Below, piece after piece: positions 21,125 to 26,905 of a stretch of DNA of 26,905 nt. The notes under the pieces were generated by a model. It was given only the letters and a program-made list of their open reading frames with translations. It was not told the DNA's origin and made no database searches. Each line of letters starts with the position of its first letter. Within the stretch, counting starts at the first letter, position 1. Made by a program: the position numbers and the translations under genes. This DNA comes from Verrucomicrobiota bacterium (lineage in GTDB: Bacteria; Verrucomicrobiota; Verrucomicrobiia; Opitutales; UBA953), in the NCBI GenBank assembly GCA_009924965.1, contig RFQN01000001.1:1-26905 (forward strand), in the 5' to 3' direction.

Positions 21125-21928
21125 ATGTCCGACACCTCCGCCTCCCCCACCCCGCGCGCCGGCGCCGCCTTCTGGGCCGTCCTGCGCCGCGAATTCGCGG
21201 GCTACTTCCGCACGCCGCTGGCCTACGTCTTCCTCGCGGTCTTCAACGCCTTCGCCATCTCGTTGGCCTTCTTCGTGGGCAACATCTACGAAGCCGGCGT
21301 CGCCAGCCTCGACCGCTTCTTCCTGTACCACCCGTGGCTCTGGGCGTTCCTCGCGCCCGCCGCCGGCGCCCGCCTCTGGGCCGAAGAACGCCGCCAAGGC
21401 ACCATCGAGCTGCTGCTTACCTGGCCCGTCACGGTCTGGCAGGCGGCCCTCGGCAAGTTCTTCGCCGCTTGGCTCTTCCTAGGCTGTGCGCTCCTCATCA
21501 CCTTGCCGATGGCCTTCACGGTCTGCTACCTGGGCGACCCCGACGTTGGCGTGATCGTCTCCGGCTACGTCGGCTCGTTCCTCTGCGCCGGCGCCTGCCT
21601 CGGCATCGCCGCCATCGCCTCCGCGCTCACCCGCAGCCAGGTCATCGCCTTCGTCACCGGCTTCCTCGCCTGCTTCGTCCTCGTGCTCGTCGGCTACGGC
21701 GTGTTCGATGAACTGCTCGCGGGCGCTTTCGGACCATCAGGGCAAATAGAATTAAGATGGAGGGGGGTTAGCGTTTTATTGACACAAGAGGAGATCCGCC
21801 GCCTCGGCCTCTGGCGCAACCTCGAGCCGTTCACGCTCGGCCTCATCGACCTGCGGCCGACCGCTTACTTCCTGACCGCGGCCTTCGCCGGCCTCGGTCT
21901 CAGCACCCTCATCGTCGAACGCCGCTAA
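21125..21928 (+). CDS. ABC-2 type permease, GldF-like
   Basis: RREFAGYFRTPLAYVF, RLWAEERRQGTIELLLTWP, LGKFFAAW, SALTRSQVIAF. Confidence 0.88.
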   Translation: MSDTSASPTPRAGAAFWAVLRREFAGYFRTPLAYVFLAVFNAFAISLAFFVGNIYEAGVASLDRFFLYHPWLWAFLAPAAGARLWAEERRQGTIELLLTWPVTVWQAALGKFFAAWLFLGCALLITLPMAFTVCYLGDPDVGVIVSGYVGSFLCAGACLGIAAIASALTRSQVIAFVTGFLACFVLVLVGYGVFDELLAGAFGPSGQIELRWRGVSVLLTQEEIRRLGLWRNLEPFTLGLIDLRPTAYFLTAAFAGLGLSTLIVERR

Positions 21929-21943
21929 CCGGAGAACCCCACC

Positions 21944-23830
21944 ATGTCCCGCTCCCAAGCCTTCTTCGCCGCCCTCGCCATCCTGGCCGCGGCCTTCTTC
22001 GTCAGCCTCATCGTCGGCGTCGTCGGCGACCGCTTCGGCGGCACCCGCCTCGACCTCACCGAGGACCATACCTTCACGCTCTCGCTCGGCTCCCGCCACA
22101 TCCTCGGCAAGCTCGACGAGCCCGTGACGCTGGAGTTCTTCGTCAGCCGCTCCGACGTCAAGCTGCGCCCCTACCTCGAAAGCTACTCCCGCCGCGTGGA
22201 GACACTGCTGCGCGAATACGCCGCCGCTTCCAAAGGCAAGGTGAAGCTGGTCATCACCGACCCCAAGCCCGACACCAAGGAAGAGCAGCGTGCCCAGCGC
22301 CAGAACCTCGGCGCGATGAACACGCCGGCCGGCGCGGCCTACCTCGGTGTCACCGCCCAACAGGCCGACACGGTCAAGGCCATCGCCTTCCTCGACCCGA
22401 CGCGCGAGAAGTTCCTCGAGTACGACCTGTCCAAGCTGATCGCCTCGGTCGCCCGCCTCGAGCGCCCGAAGCTGGCCATCGTCAGCACCCTCGCGATCAC
22501 CAACACCGCGCCGCAAGGCGGCGACCAACAGCCCGGGGCCGCCGACGTGCTCCTGGCCGAGCTGGGCCAGACGTTCGAAGTCATCACCGTCAACAACCAG
22601 GCGACCGAGCTCCCCAAGGGCACGGCCGTCGTCGCGTTGGTGCACCCGCACCACTTGTCCGACAAGCTCGCCTACGCCATCGACCAGTTCCTGCTGAACG
22701 GCGGCGCGGTCTTCGCGGCCGTCGACCCGCTCTCGCGCTACCAGAAGTTCCAGCAAGGCGGCATGCCCTTCATGGTCGCTCCGATGGCGCTCGGCGCCTC
22801 CTCCGACCCCGCGCTGCTGCGCGCCTGGGGCGTGAACGTCGAGATGGACGCCGTCTCTGGCGATAGCCAGCGCTCCGTGCCGATCCGCGGCGCGCGCGGC
22901 CAACCCGTGCAATACCCTCCTGCATTCTCCGTCGGCCCCGAAGCGCTCTCCAAGGAGTCGCCCCTGACGTCCGACCTGCGTGAACTGGCCTTCATGGAAG
23001 CGAGCGAGATCACGCTCATCTCCGGCGCGGAGAAGCGCCTGAAGATGGACGTCCTCATCGCCCTCAAGGGCGCGACCACGGGCGCCGCGCCCACGCAGCT
23101 CGCCAACGCCGGGCCGTTCGAGAAGGTCGCGGTCGGCTTCAAGGCCGACGGCCGCCCCCGCATCCTCGCGGCGTCGTTCACCGGCACGTTCCCCTCGGCC
23201 TTCCCGAACGGCGTCCCCGCCGACGAGAAGGACAAGACCCCGAAGGCTGGCCCCGACCACCTCAAGGAATCCAAGAAGCCTGGCCGCCTCTTCGTCGTCG
23301 CCGACTCCGACTTCATGCTCGACCCGTTCACCGTGCGCCAGCGCCAGATGAACGGCCAGACGGTCATGGAGGAACTGAACGACAACCTGAAGTTCGTCCT
23401 CAGCTCGCTCGAGACCCTCGGCGGCTCCGATGAGCTCGTGACGCTTCGCTCCAAGGGCACGTCCATCCGCCCGTTCAAGCGCGTCGTCGCCCTCGAACGC
23501 AACGCCCAGGCGCTCTACCAGGCCAAGCTCGACGAGATCGAAAAGCGACTCGAGGAAGCCAACAACAAGGTGAACGAAATCTCCCGCCGTAGCGGGGGCG
23601 ACCTTTCCAAGGGCCTCGTCATCACGCCGGAGATGCAGCGCGAGATCGATAAGTTCCAGAAGGAAGCCACCGAACTCACCGAGCAGCGCCGCCAGATCCG
23701 GCGTGGCCTGAGCGAGGACGTCAACGCCCTCGGCCGCAAGCTGGCGGTGTTCAACCTCCTGGCCGGCCCGTTCTTCGCCGGCATCTTCGGCCTGCTCTAC
23801 TTCCTCTTCCGCCGCCGCAAAGTCGCCTAA
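21944..23830 (+). CDS. GldG-like ABC transporter auxiliary component
   Basis: RLDLTEDHTFTLS, EFFVS, FLEYDLSKLI, YAIDQFLLNGG, VADSDF, a coiled coil and a C-terminal TM helix. Confidence 0.85.
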   Translation: MSRSQAFFAALAILAAAFFVSLIVGVVGDRFGGTRLDLTEDHTFTLSLGSRHILGKLDEPVTLEFFVSRSDVKLRPYLESYSRRVETLLREYAAASKGKVKLVITDPKPDTKEEQRAQRQNLGAMNTPAGAAYLGVTAQQADTVKAIAFLDPTREKFLEYDLSKLIASVARLERPKLAIVSTLAITNTAPQGGDQQPGAADVLLAELGQTFEVITVNNQATELPKGTAVVALVHPHHLSDKLAYAIDQFLLNGGAVFAAVDPLSRYQKFQQGGMPFMVAPMALGASSDPALLRAWGVNVEMDAVSGDSQRSVPIRGARGQPVQYPPAFSVGPEALSKESPLTSDLRELAFMEASEITLISGAEKRLKMDVLIALKGATTGAAPTQLANAGPFEKVAVGFKADGRPRILAASFTGTFPSAFPNGVPADEKDKTPKAGPDHLKESKKPGRLFVVADSDFMLDPFTVRQRQMNGQTVMEELNDNLKFVLSSLETLGGSDELVTLRSKGTSIRPFKRVVALERNAQALYQAKLDEIEKRLEEANNKVNEISRRSGGDLSKGLVITPEMQREIDKFQKEATELTEQRRQIRRGLSEDVNALGRKLAVFNLLAGPFFAGIFGLLYFLFRRRKVA

Positions 23831-23833
23831 GCC

Positions 23834-24892
23834 ATGCGTAACAAGACCCTCCTCATCGGAACCTTGGTGCTGGGCCTCGCCGCCCTCGCCTTGCTCAACC
23901 TCAAGCCGCAGGACGCCGCCGACGGCGGCGCCAAGAGCCCGCTCGTAGCCGCCGAGATCCTCGCCCAGCCGAAGAGCCTCACGGTGAAGGCCAACGGCAA
24001 GTCCACGACCGTCGAGAAAGCCGCGGACGGCACTTGGGTCGTGAAGGAAAAGTTCGGCCTGCCGGTGGATGTCGAAAACCGCCTGCGCCCGCTGGTGGTC
24101 GCGCTGCAGAAGGCCGAGAACCTCGGCCTGCTCACGAGCAATCCCAAGCGCCTCGAGAAGCTCGGCCTCGCCGACAGCTCCTTGAGCGTGACCGGCGAGA
24201 ACGGCAAGGTCTTCGCCGCGGAAATCGGCAAGCAGACCGACGACGGCGCCGGCCTGGCCATGCGCCTGCAGGGCGAGACTTCCGCGATCCGCACCAGCTT
24301 CAGCGGCTACCTCGAGGCTGACCCGACCAACTGGATGGACTCGGTGCTCTTCAACGGGAAGCCCGAAGACATCAAGGCGATCGCGTTCACCTGGGCCGAC
24401 GGCCAGCAGTCCTTCGCGCGCCCCGAAAAGGGCAAGCCATTCGGCGGCAAGGAAGGCCCGACGGTCGAGGACATCGTCAACGCGCTCGCCATCATGCGCG
24501 CCTCGGACGCCGCCGCCAAGGGCGACAAGGAAGCCGCCGCGGCCTTTGCCAAGTCCTGGACGGTGAAGCTCGAGCTGTTCGACGGCTCCACGGTGACCGC
24601 GGTCTTCGCCAAGGGCGCGGCCGGTGCCCCCAACGAACAACCCAAACTCTTCACGCGCGTCAGCCACTCCGACCCCAAGCATGTCGCGAACGCGATGGCC
24701 GCGAAGGCGGAGTTCCTCTCGCAGCCGTGGCTGTCCGAGCAGCTCCCGGCCTCGCTGGCGGACTTCAAGAAGCGCGTGTCCCCGCCCGCCGAGAACCCCG
24801 GCCAGCCGCCCGCGCCACAGTTGGGCAACTTCCAAGGCCTCAGCTTACCGGGCGGAAACGGGCCGGTTTCGGTCCCGCCGCCCGCCAAATAA
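23834..24892 (+). CDS. DUF4340-like periplasmic protein
   Basis: N-terminal TM, DGTWVVKEKFGLPVD, LEKLGL, EIGKQ and a WMD motif. Occupies the typical fourth position of the Gld-like ABC cassette. Confidence 0.7.
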   Translation: MRNKTLLIGTLVLGLAALALLNLKPQDAADGGAKSPLVAAEILAQPKSLTVKANGKSTTVEKAADGTWVVKEKFGLPVDVENRLRPLVVALQKAENLGLLTSNPKRLEKLGLADSSLSVTGENGKVFAAEIGKQTDDGAGLAMRLQGETSAIRTSFSGYLEADPTNWMDSVLFNGKPEDIKAIAFTWADGQQSFARPEKGKPFGGKEGPTVEDIVNALAIMRASDAAAKGDKEAAAAFAKSWTVKLELFDGSTVTAVFAKGAAGAPNEQPKLFTRVSHSDPKHVANAMAAKAEFLSQPWLSEQLPASLADFKKRVSPPAENPGQPPAPQLGNFQGLSLPGGNGPVSVPPPAK

Positions 24893-24905
24893 GCCGGCTG
24901 CGAGC

Positions 24906-24938
24906 AAAAGCCCTTGCCTCCCTCGGCAAGGGCTTTTT
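24906..24938 (+). terminator. Strong intrinsic terminator (potentially bidirectional)
   Basis: AAAAGCCCTTGCC-TCCCTC-GGCAAGGGCTTTTT. Confidence 0.88.
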
Positions 24939-24952
24939 CGTGTCCTCTTCCG

Positions 24953-25345
24953 ATGGTCCTCGCCGAAGCCCAGTCTCTCAACACCTACCTGCCGGTCCTT
25001 TTCCAAGCCGCCATGGGCTTGGCGCTGCCGATCGGCATCTTGGCCGCGAGCCACCTTTTTGGCCAACGCGCCAAGGGCAACTACATCAAGGATAAGGCCT
25101 ACGAATGCGGCCTCCCGATGGAAGGCAAGCCGCACCCGCGCTTCGCCGTGAAGTTCTACGTCACCGCGATGTTGTTCATCCTCTTCGACATCGAGGTCGT
25201 GTTCCTGGTGCCGTGGGCCTTGGTCTACCGCGAGTTCCTCGCCGCCGGCATCGCCATCACGGCCGCCACCGCGGTCTTCCTCGGCACGCTCGTCCTCGGG
25301 CTCGCCTACGAAGTGAAGCGCGGCGCGCTGGAGTGGGACAAGTAA
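24953..25345 (+). CDS. nuoA: NADH-quinone oxidoreductase subunit A
   Basis: AYECG, RFAVKFYVTAMLFILFDIEVVFLVPW, KRGALEW; three TM segments. ATG at 24953. Confidence 0.95.
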   Translation: MVLAEAQSLNTYLPVLFQAAMGLALPIGILAASHLFGQRAKGNYIKDKAYECGLPMEGKPHPRFAVKFYVTAMLFILFDIEVVFLVPWALVYREFLAAGIAITAATAVFLGTLVLGLAYEVKRGALEWDK

Positions 25346-25367
25346 GCCGCAGCTAAATTCTTCATGA

Positions 25368-25392
25368 AAAGGGCGCCCACTGGGCGCCCTTT
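25368..25392. terminator. Bidirectional terminator between nuoA and the hydrolase gene
   Basis: AAAGGGCGCCCA-C-TGGGCGCCCTTT. Confidence 0.82.
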
Positions 25393-25396
25393 CTGT

Positions 25397-26383
25397 TTAC
25401 TTCGCCGGCGCCGCCGGCGGCGTCTGGCCCTTGAGGTGCTGATCGAAAAAGGCCGTGACCAACGGACGCAAGTCGCGCTGCTTGGGCTGCAGGTCGAAGG
25501 TATGGGGCGCGCCCGGAATCACCTCCAACGCGCAGGTGGCGCCCTGGGCCTTGGCGACCTTGAGGAAGGTTTCGCTCTGGCTCAGCGGCACGGTCGTGTC
25601 CGCGGTGCCATGCACGAGGAGCATGGGCGCGTCCTTCGCATCAAGGTAGGTGATGGGCGAGCCTTTCTTGTAAAGCTCCGGGGCTTCCTCACGGGTCTTC
25701 GCGAACATCTTCATGTCGTGGTAGTTGATGAGGTCCACCGCGCCATAGAAACCGACGGCGCAGGCGACGCGCGCCGAGACGTCCTGATAGGGCTCGCCCG
25801 GGACGGCATCGAAACCATCCGCGGGACCGGTCGTCGCCAGCATCATCGCGAGGTTGCAGCCCGCCGAACAACCGATGACCCCGAGGCGCTCCGGGTCCAC
25901 GCCCAACGCCGCGGCTTCCTTGCGCAGGTAGCGGACGGCGGCCTTGGCGTCGTAGACGCTCTGCGGCCAGGTGACCTGCCCCTGCGTGCGCCGGAGCTTG
26001 TAGTTGATGCTCATGCAGACATAGCCCTTGAGCGTCAGGTTCTCGGCGATGTTCAGCTCGCGGTTGCGCGCCTTGTCGCCGTCGTTGAAGCCACCGCCAT
26101 GGATGACGATGATCCCGGGCAACGGCTTGGCTTTGTCGTGGCCGAGCGGGAAATAGAGATCCGCCTTCTCCTTGCGCGCGGCACCGAGATAAGGGACGTC
26201 CGTCTGGACGCGGACGGTCTGCGGGTAGACGGGGACCTTCTTCAGTTCCCCGGGGGTATCTTCGGAGGCCGGCTCCGCACCGGCCTTCGCCGCCACGGCA
26301 GGCTTCGGCGCCGCAGGCGCAGGGGGCACGGGCACAACCGGGTCGGCCATGAGGACCGCCCAGAGGCAGAGGATTGGGGTCAT
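25397..26383 (-). CDS. Secreted alpha/beta hydrolase (HGGG-type esterase, BD-FAE-like)
   Basis: IIVIHGGGF oxyanion motif, GCSAG nucleophile, LVHGTADTTVP Asp, GAPHTF His, signal peptide. Confidence 0.85.
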   Translation of the reverse strand: MTPILCLWAVLMADPVVPVPPAPAAPKPAVAAKAGAEPASEDTPGELKKVPVYPQTVRVQTDVPYLGAARKEKADLYFPLGHDKAKPLPGIIVIHGGGFNDGDKARNRELNIAENLTLKGYVCMSINYKLRRTQGQVTWPQSVYDAKAAVRYLRKEAAALGVDPERLGVIGCSAGCNLAMMLATTGPADGFDAVPGEPYQDVSARVACAVGFYGAVDLINYHDMKMFAKTREEAPELYKKGSPITYLDAKDAPMLLVHGTADTTVPLSQSETFLKVAKAQGATCALEVIPGAPHTFDLQPKQRDLRPLVTAFFDQHLKGQTPPAAPAK

Positions 26384-26442
26384 GGCTTAACCGATACAGG
26401 CTGCGCACCAGCCGTCAACGCTCTGGAGGACCGCTGCGGGCC

Positions 26443-26905
26443 TTAGGTCGCGCAGACGCCGCAGCCGGCCGGGAGGTTCAGGAAGAAGTCGTTGCCCTTG
26501 TCGTCCACGAGGATGAACGCAGGGAAATCGACGACTTCGATCTTCCAGACGGACTCCATGCCGAGCTCGGGGTAGTCGATGACTTCGACCTTGCGGATGT
26601 TCTCCTGCGCGAGGATCGCGGCGGGGCCGCCGATGGAGCCCAGGTAGAAGCCGCCGTGCTTCTTGCAGGCGTCGGTGACGGCTTGGCCGCGGTTGCCCTT
26701 GGCGATCATGACGAGCGAGCCACCGTTGGCCTGGAAGAGGTCCACGTAGCTGTCCATGCGTCCCGCGGTGGTCGGGCCAAATGAACCCGAGGCCATGCCT
26801 GCCGGGGTCTTCGCCGGGCCGGCATAATAGACAGGGTGGTTCTTGAAGTACTCGGGCAAGCCTTCGCCGCGCTGCAGGCGCTCCTGCAGTTTAGCGTGCG
26901 CGATG
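26443..26905 (-). CDS. fumA: Class I (Fe-S) fumarate hydratase, C-terminal part (start lies beyond the window)
   Basis: [57 protein letters not shown]. The frame is open to the window edge, so the ORF-track start at 26859 is artificial. Confidence 0.93.
   Translation of the reverse strand, partial: IAHAKLQERLQRGEGLPEYFKNHPVYYAGPAKTPAGMASGSFGPTTAGRMDSYVDLFQANGGSLVMIAKGNRGQAVTDACKKHGGFYLGSIGGPAAILAQENIRKVEVIDYPELGMESVWKIEVVDFPAFILVDDKGNDFFLNLPAGCGVCAT

Noticed and set aside
21776-24835. 1019-aa ORF on - strand (also 19402-21150, 255-1082, 16788-17882, 25364-26446 and similar)
   Set aside because: Antisense or alternate-frame shadows of well-supported genes in high-GC DNA.
26443-26470. C-terminal CxxC (GCGVC) on fumarase as a novel metal site
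   Set aside because: E. coli FumA also ends in a CxxC-containing tail, so this is a known family feature.

Overview
GC-rich, tightly packed bacterial chromosomal window, mostly housekeeping. It most likely comes from a Verrucomicrobiota (Opitutia-like) organism; this is an inference from the ileS-dksA-lspA linkage, PVC-type single-Cys DksA, absence of rimM and the style of the hypothetical proteins. Contents in order: partial phytoene-desaturase-family oxidoreductase, ABC ATPase, three exported proteins (two alpha/beta hydrolases), trmD-rplS, rpsP, an oppBC-containing operon, tRNA-Tyr(GTA), rpsT, an RluA-like protein, ileS-dksA-lspA-flavin reductase, trpS with two envelope hypotheticals, MscS, a GldA/F/G-like ABC cassette with DUF4340, a solitary nuoA, an esterase and a partial class I fumarase. 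I see no mobile element, CRISPR array or prophage, and no clearly complete new system. The best leads are: (1) lspA apparently missing its first helix at a CTGG microhomology junction; (2) a sharply bounded 57-nt rare-codon island inside the GldF-like permease; (3) an RluA homolog lacking the catalytic HRLD motif; (4) nuoA detached from its operon; (5) repeated loss of Cys4 zinc ligands in three proteins; (6) a permuted trmD-rplS-rpsP order around a palindrome- and DnaA-box-containing spacer; (7) a pre-tRNA leader hairpin that competes with the acceptor stem; (8) C/U-rich leaders without Shine-Dalgarno sites throughout. Family calls are by motif recognition only; no searches were run.
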